A stretch of 64,000 bases of DNA from a virus (lineage: Duplodnaviria > Heunggongvirae > Uroviricota > Caudoviricetes). The position numbers and the translations under genes were made by a program. The notes below the pieces were generated by a model. It was not told the origin of the DNA, did no database searches, and saw nothing but the letters and a program-made list of their open reading frames with translations. The stretch spans positions 36,770-100,769 of IMG/VR virus record IMGVR_UViG_3300048672_000527. One strand, given 5' to 3'. Shown piece after piece: positions 17,806 to 28,180 of the stretch (positions are counted from its first letter, which is position 1; each line of letters opens with the position of its first letter).

Positions 17806-19616
17806 GTACACTACAACAAATAAACACTGGTGAATTAGATTTCAGTGAAATTAAACAAAATCTCAAGACGTTTCTTCAGGGGCAATCAGTTCTTGCGGAC
17901 TACGATTTTGATGGCAGCGTTCTTTCGACTGTATTGGATGTATTGGCTTTCAATACCCACTACAACGCACTTTATAACAATATGACTATCAATGAGGCGT
18001 TTATTGATAGTGCTTCTAAGCGAGCTTCTCTGATTTCTATCGCTAAGCTTATGGGCTATGTCCCAAGCTCGGTGACATCTGCTTCAGCGATTATTGGACT
18101 GGAAATTTCTACTCCAAATACGGATAACTCGAACATTTATACACTACCAGCAGGAACTACATTTGCAGCTGCAAAAGATGGAACGACTTATACATTCAAT
18201 CTAATGCAAGATGTCACTATGGGCCGCGTGAGTTCTACCGACAAATACATTATGGGTGGTTATGCTGTTCTAGAAGGTAGCCCAAATAAAATCACATACA
18301 CATCAGGTGCAGGAGTTCATTTTGTGATTCCTGATCGTGCTTGTGACACAAAAACAATCAGCGTATCTGTATATAATCCTACCACACTTCAGACAACGGT
18401 TTTCACCCAAGCAAATAGCTTAGTTGGGGTTCGTTCTACAGATAATGTTTATTTCGTTAAACAGCGTGAAGATCTATTTTATGAAATTTACTTTGGTAAC
18501 GGTTCGTTTGGACAGTCTATTCCTTCCGGTGCAACTGTCACTATCAAATATCTGGCCAGCTCGGGTGAAGCTGCTAATGATTCTGGTTTCTTAGTTTACA
18601 CTGGCGGTGGCAACCCAGACTATACGTACACAGTAACCACCGAAGTTGTTGCTGGCGGCGGAGCATCAGAAGAAACAAAGGATAGTATTCGTTTCAATGC
18701 ACCGCTTGCTCACCAAGCACAAGACCGAATTGTCAGTGCAAATGACTATACAGCTCTTTTGATGAATTACTACCCAAGCATTGAATCGGTCAGTGTCTGG
18801 GGTGGCCAAGATAATAATCCACCTCAATATGGTAAGGTTTTTATCGCTGCAAAGCCATTTAATCGTGATGCATTTAGTACCGTTGAAAAGAATAATATGA
18901 CTTCCGGTATTATTGCTAAGAAGAATATTATTACCGTTACCCCAGTTTTTGTTGACCCAATCTACCTTGATGTTGAACTTGTAACTAATGTCTATTATGA
19001 TCCAGCAAAAACCACACTAACACCGGGTCAATTGGCGACAAATGTTCGTGATACTATTTCTCAATATAGTAGCACTCTTTCGAAGTTTGAATCCGCTTTT
19101 AGATACTCTTATGTGAGCACAAAGATTGACGAGACCGATGAGGCCATTGTGTCTAATATCACTAATATTAGAATCCGTCACCCAATTGATGTCGTTTATG
19201 GTATTACCAATAATTACATTGCTAACATGGGTAATCCAGTTGCAAAGAGTGATGAACCTACATTCTATAGCACCCGCTTTTACCAGACTGGTATTACAAA
19301 TCGTTGCTATCTAGAAAATAATGGTACTGATATTCGTTTAATCCAAGAACTTCCCACTGGTACTCCAGTTGACATGGGTAGTGTTGGTACGCTAGATTTT
19401 GAGAATGGTATCATTACAGCAAACGGTTTAAATATCATTTCTCTATATGATGCTAAATTTGAATTTGTATTCTACCCAAGTTCGTTTGATGTAGTACCTC
19501 TGAACCGTTATATTGTTCGTTTGCCAGCAGATAAAGTGACTGTAAATATGATTGTAGATACACTTTCACAAACTCGTGCTGCTAAAACAAGCCACATATT
19601 CACTGCGTCTAGATGA
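17802..19616 (+). CDS. gp6: Baseplate wedge subunit
   Basis: ELDFSEIKQNLKTFL, DYDFDGS.LS.VLDVLAFNTHYNA, FGNG..G, ETKDSIRFNAP..QDRIVSANDY. Confidence 0.95.
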   Translation: MSTLQQINTGELDFSEIKQNLKTFLQGQSVLADYDFDGSVLSTVLDVLAFNTHYNALYNNMTINEAFIDSASKRASLISIAKLMGYVPSSVTSASAIIGLEISTPNTDNSNIYTLPAGTTFAAAKDGTTYTFNLMQDVTMGRVSSTDKYIMGGYAVLEGSPNKITYTSGAGVHFVIPDRACDTKTISVSVYNPTTLQTTVFTQANSLVGVRSTDNVYFVKQREDLFYEIYFGNGSFGQSIPSGATVTIKYLASSGEAANDSGFLVYTGGGNPDYTYTVTTEVVAGGGASEETKDSIRFNAPLAHQAQDRIVSANDYTALLMNYYPSIESVSVWGGQDNNPPQYGKVFIAAKPFNRDAFSTVEKNNMTSGIIAKKNIITVTPVFVDPIYLDVELVTNVYYDPAKTTLTPGQLATNVRDTISQYSSTLSKFESAFRYSYVSTKIDETDEAIVSNITNIRIRHPIDVVYGITNNYIANMGNPVAKSDEPTFYSTRFYQTGITNRCYLENNGTDIRLIQELPTGTPVDMGSVGTLDFENGIITANGLNIISLYDAKFEFVFYPSSFDVVPLNRYIVRLPADKVTVNMIVDTLSQTRAAKTSHIFTASR

Positions 19617-21163
19617 GCACAAAACTTCCATTTCTAGCTGTTGATAAACTACCAGAGCACATTCGCGAGAGTTACCCTCAGCTAGTCACATTTGTCCAAA
19701 AATACTACGAGTTTCTCGACACACTTGAGACTATTCGTGGTAATTTGGATTTGGATTCTGCTGCACTTAAATTTGTTAAACTACAGAATTTAAGCTATGC
19801 ACGGGGATTTAATACTCCACAGAGTTTGGATGTAGTTGAGTTTGTCCGTAATAATAAGGCATTCTTTGCTGCCAAGGGTAATGAGCAAGCGTTTATATTC
19901 TTTTTCAAGGCATTCTTTGGCGAAGACATCACCGTTGTAAAACCTAGATATATTATTGCGTCTGGTGGTAAGTTCTCTCAGAAGAGTTTCATTACATTTA
20001 CTACAATCTTTGGTTCATTTATCGGTCAATATGTAGATTTTGTCATTGAAAATACGAACGGGAAATTCCTATTTCAAAGCGAAAGTATTCAGAATCTAGG
20101 TGGTAATCAGTTTAGAGTGACGTTTACTGCGCCGCGCAATTTTAAAATTAGTGTTGGTGATAAAATCGCCCATCGGAATGCCGATACCGATATTATCGAA
20201 TATCTTGGTAGTATTGATTTATCACCAAAGGCGCTTAAAATCACTGTTCCAGGTAAATTCTGGCAAATCGGACAAATTGTCACTGTTCCCGGCTCTTCTG
20301 TTAATACTATCGCAAAGGTAACTCGCGTTGATAATAACAAGGGTATTGCATATCTAGATATTATCCAGTTTGGTTACGGTCACTCTGTAAATCAGACTTT
20401 GGTAACGTCTCCATTTAACGGAAGACCAGCAGAACCGGTCTATACAATTACAAAGACAATCACTAGCGCAACTCCACGTGCGTATCTATATTCTTTAAAC
20501 ATTAACGATAGCACTAACGGTATTGACGAGTCTATCCGCGGGGTTATAAATTCACAAACAGTTGTGGCGGTAGATAATATCTATGAAGCGACACCGATTA
20601 TTGCTGATACAGACTTTAGTCTGCAGGATTGGCTAGATTCCCGTGCTACGATTCAATATACATTTGATACTGTATCCAAGACACATGCTGAGTATATTGA
20701 TGAAGAAAGTCTGATTAGTAATCAGTCAAATAGAATTCATGATAATTACTACTATCAAGCATTTTCATATTTAATCCAAACAAAACAGAATATTGATACG
20801 TACCGTGGTGCTCTGGATATTATTCACCCTGCTGGTCTTAAATTCTTTGCCGAATTGACCAAAATATTTGACGGTGATGTGAATCTAGCTTATGAAGCTA
20901 CACGTACTATGTCGATTGATAAACTGTTCTTTAACGATTTTATTCCAGCTCCTACAGATATAATTGCTCTTGATGTATCAAAACCTCTATCTGATACACT
21001 AAATATGAGTGAAGCATTGAGTAAAGATATTGCTAAAACAGGTCTCGCTGATACGGCAACATTATCTGATGGTACACTTTCCGTGGTTTCTGGTGGATAT
21101 GCTGTATCTGGATATGACACGGGAAGTTACTCAACATTTGTAGTCTCAATAACAATTTCTTGA
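19613..21163 (+). CDS. gp7: Baseplate wedge subunit (gp7-like)
   Basis: LPEHIRESYPQLVTFVQKYYEF, KGNEQAF.FF..FFG, DNYYYQAFSY, IHPAGLKFF. Confidence 0.75.
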   Translation: MSTKLPFLAVDKLPEHIRESYPQLVTFVQKYYEFLDTLETIRGNLDLDSAALKFVKLQNLSYARGFNTPQSLDVVEFVRNNKAFFAAKGNEQAFIFFFKAFFGEDITVVKPRYIIASGGKFSQKSFITFTTIFGSFIGQYVDFVIENTNGKFLFQSESIQNLGGNQFRVTFTAPRNFKISVGDKIAHRNADTDIIEYLGSIDLSPKALKITVPGKFWQIGQIVTVPGSSVNTIAKVTRVDNNKGIAYLDIIQFGYGHSVNQTLVTSPFNGRPAEPVYTITKTITSATPRAYLYSLNINDSTNGIDESIRGVINSQTVVAVDNIYEATPIIADTDFSLQDWLDSRATIQYTFDTVSKTHAEYIDEESLISNQSNRIHDNYYYQAFSYLIQTKQNIDTYRGALDIIHPAGLKFFAELTKIFDGDVNLAYEATRTMSIDKLFFNDFIPAPTDIIALDVSKPLSDTLNMSEALSKDIAKTGLADTATLSDGTLSVVSGGYAVSGYDTGSYSTFVVSITIS

Positions 21164-21170
21164 GGATAAT

Positions 21171-21614
21171 ATGGTAAACGATAACATTAAACTAACTGGT
21201 GAACTACAAATTGTAGTTCGTGATCAAAACGGACAAATCAAAGAACAACGCGTTGTTCCGAATCTAGTTGTTACAGCTGGTAAGGTACAACTTGCATCTC
21301 GTATGCTTGGTACATCCGTTGCTTCTCCAAGCCATATGGCTGTAGGTACGGGTAATACTGCTCCGGTGGCGGGTGATACTGCATTGCAGACTCAGTTGGG
21401 ATCACGTGTAGCATTGACAAGTGCCACACAGTCTACAAACGTGCTGACATTTGTAGCTACATTTGGAGCAGGTGTTGCTACAGGTGCTTTGACCGAGGCG
21501 GGTATCTTTAATGCTTCTACAGCAGGCACTATGACTTGCCGTACTACATTCTCTACGGTCAATAAGGATACACTTGACTCACTGACAATTACGTGGAACT
21601 TGACTCTAAACTGA
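21171..21614 (+). CDS. Virion structural protein (baseplate/fibre associated)
   Basis: NLVVTAG, MAVGTG..AP..GDTAL, EAGIFNA, DSLTITW pattern typical of phage tail-associated proteins; in the baseplate operon. Confidence 0.65.
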   Translation: MVNDNIKLTGELQIVVRDQNGQIKEQRVVPNLVVTAGKVQLASRMLGTSVASPSHMAVGTGNTAPVAGDTALQTQLGSRVALTSATQSTNVLTFVATFGAGVATGALTEAGIFNASTAGTMTCRTTFSTVNKDTLDSLTITWNLTLN

Positions 21615-21625
21615 TCGGTTAATCA

Positions 21626-23689
21626 ATGGCACAATCGCTACGAAACGAATTTCACACTACAGTCGCTGGACTGGTTCTGTCTGACATTCAACTTTTAAAA
21701 GCCAATTATTACTACTACCTAGGTCGACTAGAAACCTGGGGTGGTAGTGATTTGCCACCTAATTCATCTTCTCTTTCCCAAGAGCAAGATGACTCTATTC
21801 GTAGTGATGTTATCTATCTGAAGAAAATTAATCCAAGTGATGTTTCTCTTGTGACAAAACGTCTTGACTGGTCTGCCGGGGCGATTTATGACCGCTGGGA
21901 TTCTACGATAGATATGTCAGCAAAAAACTTCTATATCATCAATAGCAATAATCAAGTCTATAAGTGTTTGGATAATAACAACGGTGGTACTACGACTACC
22001 GAACCCAATCTTATCAGCTATGATGTTTTTAAGACTGCCGACAATTATCTGTGGAAATACATGTTCACAGTGCCAGCTTTCAAGCGTTATAAGTTTTTGA
22101 ACACAGCACACATTCCAGTTCAAAACGCACTATCTGATAGTTTCTTTAACAAGGGTGCAGTAGAACAGGCCGTTGTGACTAACCAAGGAAGCGGTTATAC
22201 TGATACGGCTTTAACTGTTATTAATGTCACCGGCGGTACTACGACTGGTTCTGGTGCCACAGGTTTTAAAGTGTCTTCAGTTAGCGGTATCGGTGCTATT
22301 ACAGGTGTTTCATTTACAAGTGGTGGTACTGGCTACACAAAGGGTCTGAACTACTCTATTACAAGTGCAGCGGGTTCTGGTGCAATCCTAACACCGATTA
22401 TTGCTGCTGGTGTAATTACAGGTTTCACTATCACCAATGCGGGTGTTGGCTATTCTGTCAATGATCCAATTACTATTACAGTTGGTGGCGCTATTATTTT
22501 CCCAAGTGTATCGCGTGCGACTGGTCAAATTACTGGTGTAAACATTATTAAACCCGGTGCTGGTTATACGGTCGCGCCAACTCTGACAGTGGTAGGTGCC
22601 GGTGGTACGGGTCTTTATGGTAATTCTACTGCACTTATGACCGCGGTTGTATATAATGGTTCAGTTCAACGTGTGTTGATCAGTGATCCAGGACAAAACT
22701 ATCCAGCCGATAGTGCTACAACTATCACTGTAACTGGAGATGGTACAAATGCAGCATTTAGCCCAGTTATCTATAACGGTTCTGTCATTGATATTATAGT
22801 AGAGAATCCAGGTAGTGGTTACACATTTATTGACCTGGCGGTTGTCGGTGCAGGTACTGGTGCAACTGTGAATGGTGTTGTAACAACATCAGACTTTACA
22901 TCCGATCAAGCTATCGTAGAACAAACTACAAATCCAGGTGCAATTTATGCAATTAAGATGCTTACACATGGCGCCGGATATAACGTAGCCACTACGACAG
23001 TTACAATCAACGGGGACGGAACTGGCGCTACGGCTACTCCGACTATTGTTAATGGTGTGATCACTAAAATCGAGATGGACTTGAATGCATATGGAAATGA
23101 CTATACATATGCGACTGTTACTATTACAGACACAGCTCGTATTGATAATCCTTTAGTTGAGAATGCCTCAGCAGTACCTATCTATGTTCCAAATGGTGGC
23201 CATGGAAGTGATGCGGTCAATGAACTTGCTGGTACAACACTTGCAGTTTCTACCCTATTAAAGAGTGAGAGTGATCTTATCTCGTTGACTCAAGATTACC
23301 GTCAGTTCGGCATTTTGCGAAATCCAACCAACTCTGCTACTGGCAAGTTCTTTAAACTGGATAACGAAATCCAAGCATTTGAGTGTATGTTCAATAACAT
23401 TACCAATTTGGTTAAAGACGAAGTGGTTCTTTTCGGTAGCAATCAATATCGTGTTGCAGCCATCAATTCTGTGAATAGTGTTTTCCTACAACCAATTAGT
23501 AAGAAGTCGCCAGACCCACTGGGAGGTATTACCAGCGTTATTGGTGGAAGAACCTATACGGTAACCAAAGTATTAAGTCGTCCAACACTTGATAAATATA
23601 GTGGAAGTCTGATGTTTGTATCCGACGAACAACCATTCCAGTTCACAAGCGAGCAAGGTCTTGCAGTTAAAACTTACATAAAGTTCTAA
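21626..23689 (+). CDS. gp8: Baseplate wedge subunit with inserted Gly/Thr beta-repeat modules
   Basis: YDRWD, FYIINSNNQVYKCLDNN, DNYLWKYMFTV, GGHGSDAVNEL, DYRQFGILRNP, YSGSLMFV. Confidence 0.88.
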   Translation: MAQSLRNEFHTTVAGLVLSDIQLLKANYYYYLGRLETWGGSDLPPNSSSLSQEQDDSIRSDVIYLKKINPSDVSLVTKRLDWSAGAIYDRWDSTIDMSAKNFYIINSNNQVYKCLDNNNGGTTTTEPNLISYDVFKTADNYLWKYMFTVPAFKRYKFLNTAHIPVQNALSDSFFNKGAVEQAVVTNQGSGYTDTALTVINVTGGTTTGSGATGFKVSSVSGIGAITGVSFTSGGTGYTKGLNYSITSAAGSGAILTPIIAAGVITGFTITNAGVGYSVNDPITITVGGAIIFPSVSRATGQITGVNIIKPGAGYTVAPTLTVVGAGGTGLYGNSTALMTAVVYNGSVQRVLISDPGQNYPADSATTITVTGDGTNAAFSPVIYNGSVIDIIVENPGSGYTFIDLAVVGAGTGATVNGVVTTSDFTSDQAIVEQTTNPGAIYAIKMLTHGAGYNVATTTVTINGDGTGATATPTIVNGVITKIEMDLNAYGNDYTYATVTITDTARIDNPLVENASAVPIYVPNGGHGSDAVNELAGTTLAVSTLLKSESDLISLTQDYRQFGILRNPTNSATGKFFKLDNEIQAFECMFNNITNLVKDEVVLFGSNQYRVAAINSVNSVFLQPISKKSPDPLGGITSVIGGRTYTVTKVLSRPTLDKYSGSLMFVSDEQPFQFTSEQGLAVKTYIKF

Positions 23690-23690
23690 G

Positions 23691-26600
23691 ATGACTATTA
23701 ATTTAAATGTCCCACCATACTATGATGATTTTGATGAATCAAAGGATTTTCATCAGATTCTTTTTAAGCCTGGTTATGCTATTCAGGCTCGTGAACTGAC
23801 ACAGATTCAGTCGATTATCAAGAATCAGATTGCTAAATTTGGTAATCACATCTTCAAGCATGGTTCAGTAGTTATTCCTGGTAATAGCTATGCTGACCTA
23901 CAAACACCGTTTGTTAAACTACAAACCACATATAGCACAACACCAATCGTTGTGGCTAACTGGCTAGGTAAGACTGTTATTGGTGTTAATGGTCTTAAGG
24001 CTGTGGTCAAACAAGTAGATAATACTGGTGGACAACCAACACTATATTTGGCATATCTAAATGGTGGCGGAAGTAGTTTGACGGCTGGGAATGAGTTCGC
24101 TGCCTCCGAAGAAATTTATATTGAAGACGCACCAACAGTCCGTGCATATGCTTTGGCTTCAAGCCCAACCGGTGTTGGTTCTGTTGCTTATATCAACAAG
24201 GGTGTTTACTACATCAACGGCACATTTGTGTCTGTAGCCGCACAATCTATTGTTATTTCCCCATATGACTCGCTGCCAAGCTGCCATGTTTTACTTCGCA
24301 TTGATGAAACTATCGTAGATAGCACCACAGATGATACATTGCTTGATCCAGCTCAAGGTTCTTATAACTATGCCGCACCTGGTGCGGATCGCGTCAAGAT
24401 TTCTCTGGTTTTGACCAGCTTACCACTGGTTGGTGCTGTCACAGACAACTACGTTGAAATTATGCGTTACGATAACGGTACTCTACAAGAGCATAGCCGT
24501 TACCCAAAATATTCTGAACTTGAAAAGTCTCTAGCCCGCCGTACATTCGATGAGAGCGGCGACTACGTTGTTTCTGGTCTAGATATTAAGCTAAAAGAGC
24601 ACCTGCGTACACAATGGAATTCTGGTGTATATGCAAATGGTAATTTGGATAAATTTGTTACCCAGGTTGATGCTGGTAAGGCATATGTTCAAGGTTTTGA
24701 AGTAGAACACCTAGATAAAGTTCTTATTGACCTAGATAAGGCCCGTACATCTGCGCACGTTAAGAATGTAGCTTCTACAATTCAATCTATGTATGGTCGT
24801 TACATGTATGTGACTTCTTTACAAGGTTTACCAGATTTTAAAGCACGCACACAATTTACTATCTGGAATGACAACGACTATGCAAATGGTAGTGCGACAC
24901 AGATCGGTACTGCGCGCGTTCTAGGTATTGACTATCTGGCCGGTGATCCAGCCACTGCTACTGCAATCTACAAACTTTACTACTCTGATCTAGTTCTGAC
25001 TGGTGGTTATACACTAGCAGATGCTGGTGGTATTCGCCCTTTGACTGGTTTTGTTACAGCTACTGTTCTAAACAAATACACAGTCCCAAATGCTAGTAAG
25101 GACTTCACAGTAGGTGAGTTAGTTAATAACGCGGATTCTAGCCGTTCTGCAACAGTACATCGTTACACACGAGCAGATGGTGAAGTTTATGTCTATAAAC
25201 ATGATCACACAAAACAGATTCCAAACGTAGGTGAAATTATCACCGGTGCCACAAGCACAGCAGTTGCAACTGTTAAACAACGTGATAATTCTATTGTTAA
25301 TGGTATTGCTCCAATCTTTACTGTTCCAGTTCCATCTATTAAGTCTACAAAGACTGCATCCAACACATACGATATGAAGTATGTTGTTTGGAAGACTGTA
25401 ACCGTAACTACGAACGGTTCTGGTAATGGTACTGCTACGATTACTGATGGTACATTCCGTACACCTGAGGCTGGTATCACAGTTGCTGCATATGTAGGTG
25501 CGTCTTATGGTTCTGGTGGTATTGTTACTCTTGATAAGATCAGCTTGTCAAATTCTACCACTATCCAAGTGACCGGTGGCCCTGCTTCTGCTACAGTTAC
25601 TATTCTTACACAAGTAGATAAGACTAACGTTCAAGCACGTACTAAGACATTAGTGACCAATAATATTCTTTCTGGTGTTACACCAGCTACGACTATTTCT
25701 CTAGGTAAGGCTGATATTTACCGTATTGTTTCTATTTTTGCTGGTGCGACTGATGTTACCTCTAGCTATATTCTAGATAACGGGCAGACCGACTACGCCT
25801 ACGGGGTTGGTACACTGACTCTAAATGGTACACTACCAACAAGTAATCTGACTATCACTTTTGACTACTTTTCACATAGCGGTACCGGTGATTACTTCAG
25901 TGTTGATTCGTATACAACATTGGGTTCCAATTATATCGCTCTGGTTCCAACGTACCGTTCTAAGACGACAGCAGATATTTACGACTTAAGTAATGTTCTT
26001 GACTTCCGACCACGTATTGGTGATGATGCATCTTATACATCTGGTACCGCGTTGATGAATGATACACCTGTTGTTGAAACAATTATCACATCTAGTGTGC
26101 AGTATTACGTGCCACGTATTGATTTGGTTTACATGGATCAAGCTGGTGCTGTGAGTGTTAAAACAGGTACACCAGCAGTTGTACCTCTAAAGCCATCTCT
26201 ACCAAGCGGCGTTATCGAGTTGTGCACACTGTCTATTCCTGCATACACTAATAATCTATCTGACATTGTTATTTCTAAGTCACGTATTGATCGTATGACA
26301 ATGAAAGATATTAATGGTCTACAAAAACGAATCGAGACACTTGAGTACTTCTCCACACTGAGTGCAATCGAGACAAACGTACTGAACTACAATGTGACCG
26401 ATGCAGTAACTGGTCTTAACCGTTACAAGACGGGTTATTTGGTAGATACATTTGATAACCCATTTGCTGTCTGTGATTACTACGATCAAATGAATCGTGT
26501 GTCATTTGCCACCGGGAATCTATCTGCACCTATGGAACAAAGCGATAGCTCGTTAAATCTGGCTACAGGTACTTCTAGTTACTATCAGTTTACTGGTACT

Positions 26601-28151
26601 CAACTAACGTTGCCATATACAGAAGTTGCGCTGATTAATCAGCCATACTCTACTCGTTTGACTAATGTTAATCCATTCTTGGTATTCTCTTGGCAAGGTC
26701 AAATGACTCTGACACCATCTAAGGATTCTTGGATCGTTACAGAACACCTACCAACTGTATACGACACAAAAACTGAAACTGTTAAGGTTCAGGTCCCACA
26801 AGTTGTTATTGTTGATACTGATCCACCAACACCTATTGTTCCTGCACCATTGGTACCAACCGCAAATATTACTTACTCTATTATTTCCGTAGGTGATATC
26901 ACAGTTAATGAGCAAGATGCAAGCGCAACGTTTAACGTAACTCGTACTGGTAATACAACCAAGGCAACACAGGTATCTTACTTTACTTCTGCTGGTACAG
27001 CTACTGCAGGTGCAGACTACACTACGACAAATGGTGTACTGAACTTTGCTGCTAATGAAACTAACAAGCAAATTACAGTTCCGATTCTCCAAGATACAGC
27101 TGTAGAAGGTTCGGAGACTTTCACTGTTACTTTGGCTCAAATCCAAGGTGGTGATGTTCTAGAAAAGGCCGTTGCAACAGCTACTATTCTCGATGATGAT
27201 AGTACATTGGCAACCGTTCTGAATACACCGTTCTTCACTACGACCAATGAAGGTACCACCAAGGTTATTACAGTGACACGTAGTGGTAACGTGTCTGGTA
27301 CAAGTTCTGTTAACTATACAACGGCAAATGCTACAGCTACAGCTGGTACTGACTACACGGCCACATCTGGTACACTAACATGGACTGCTGGTGTGACTAC
27401 ACAGACAATTTCTGTTCCAATTACAGCAGACTCTGCAACCGAAGGTAATGAGTACTTTGTTATTAACTTCAGTAACTTTGTTAACTGTACTGGTCAAGTT
27501 GGTATGAGCGGTATTCAAGTTCAGATCAATGATACTTCTTTGGCAGCCGTTTCAAATGTTTCTATTCCATCTGCAATAGTTGTATCCGAAGATGCCGGCA
27601 CAGCTTCTATCACTGTTAGTAAGACAGCAGGTGCAGCATGTTCTGTTAACTATAGTATTTCTGCTGGTTCTGCGAGTGCTGGTTCTGACTACACTAGCTC
27701 ATCGGGAAATATTAACTTCTTGACAACTGGCGTAGAAAGTTCTACAATTTCTGTTCCAATCATTAACGATGCAATTTCTGAAAATGATGAGTCATTTACT
27801 GTTACAATTGTGGCATTCTCTGGATCACCAACCATTGGTAATAGCACATGTACAGTGACAATTTCTATTAACGATTGGTTCGTTGGACCTCCAACATCTC
27901 TGGCATATCAACCAGTTGTGAACGTAGCAGCTATCACATACTCTGATACTTCTTGGAGAATTAACACTGCGAACTCTATTGCAGGTATTACAACTCCGGT
28001 TACTCAACCTTTGACAACACCGGTTACTCAAGTTGCTACACCAGTTATTCCTGTAGTTGTACCACCAGCAGTTACCGCTAATGTGGCGGCTTCACCATCA
28101 AAGTCTATTAACTGGAAACTGGCTCTGTTAGACGATCAAATCAACTTGTAA
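23691..28151 (+). CDS. Large virion structural protein (DUF4815/VrlC-like N-half) with three Calx-beta domains
   Basis: PYYDDFDESKDFHQILFKPGYAIQARELTQIQSI, LARRTFDESGDY, YYVPRID, RIETLEY, GYLVDTF; three T.NE..TATAG.DY..SG.L.F..I.VPI.D..E..E.F repeats. Confidence 0.8.
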   Translation: MTINLNVPPYYDDFDESKDFHQILFKPGYAIQARELTQIQSIIKNQIAKFGNHIFKHGSVVIPGNSYADLQTPFVKLQTTYSTTPIVVANWLGKTVIGVNGLKAVVKQVDNTGGQPTLYLAYLNGGGSSLTAGNEFAASEEIYIEDAPTVRAYALASSPTGVGSVAYINKGVYYINGTFVSVAAQSIVISPYDSLPSCHVLLRIDETIVDSTTDDTLLDPAQGSYNYAAPGADRVKISLVLTSLPLVGAVTDNYVEIMRYDNGTLQEHSRYPKYSELEKSLARRTFDESGDYVVSGLDIKLKEHLRTQWNSGVYANGNLDKFVTQVDAGKAYVQGFEVEHLDKVLIDLDKARTSAHVKNVASTIQSMYGRYMYVTSLQGLPDFKARTQFTIWNDNDYANGSATQIGTARVLGIDYLAGDPATATAIYKLYYSDLVLTGGYTLADAGGIRPLTGFVTATVLNKYTVPNASKDFTVGELVNNADSSRSATVHRYTRADGEVYVYKHDHTKQIPNVGEIITGATSTAVATVKQRDNSIVNGIAPIFTVPVPSIKSTKTASNTYDMKYVVWKTVTVTTNGSGNGTATITDGTFRTPEAGITVAAYVGASYGSGGIVTLDKISLSNSTTIQVTGGPASATVTILTQVDKTNVQARTKTLVTNNILSGVTPATTISLGKADIYRIVSIFAGATDVTSSYILDNGQTDYAYGVGTLTLNGTLPTSNLTITFDYFSHSGTGDYFSVDSYTTLGSNYIALVPTYRSKTTADIYDLSNVLDFRPRIGDDASYTSGTALMNDTPVVETIITSSVQYYVPRIDLVYMDQAGAVSVKTGTPAVVPLKPSLPSGVIELCTLSIPAYTNNLSDIVISKSRIDRMTMKDINGLQKRIETLEYFSTLSAIETNVLNYNVTDAVTGLNRYKTGYLVDTFDNPFAVCDYYDQMNRVSFATGNLSAPMEQSDSSLNLATGTSSYYQFTGTQLTLPYTEVALINQPYSTRLTNVNPFLVFSWQGQMTLTPSKDSWIVTEHLPTVYDTKTETVKVQVPQVVIVDTDPPTPIVPAPLVPTANITYSIISVGDITVNEQDASATFNVTRTGNTTKATQVSYFTSAGTATAGADYTTTNGVLNFAANETNKQITVPILQDTAVEGSETFTVTLAQIQGGDVLEKAVATATILDDDSTLATVLNTPFFTTTNEGTTKVITVTRSGNVSGTSSVNYTTANATATAGTDYTATSGTLTWTAGVTTQTISVPITADSATEGNEYFVINFSNFVNCTGQVGMSGIQVQINDTSLAAVSNVSIPSAIVVSEDAGTASITVSKTAGAACSVNYSISAGSASAGSDYTSSSGNINFLTTGVESSTISVPIINDAISENDESFTVTIVAFSGSPTIGNSTCTVTISINDWFVGPPTSLAYQPVVNVAAITYSDTSWRINTANSIAGITTPVTQPLTTPVTQVATPVIPVVVPPAVTANVAASPSKSINWKLALLDDQINL

Positions 28152-28180
28152 ATAGTAGATACAATATAGCAAAGTGATTC

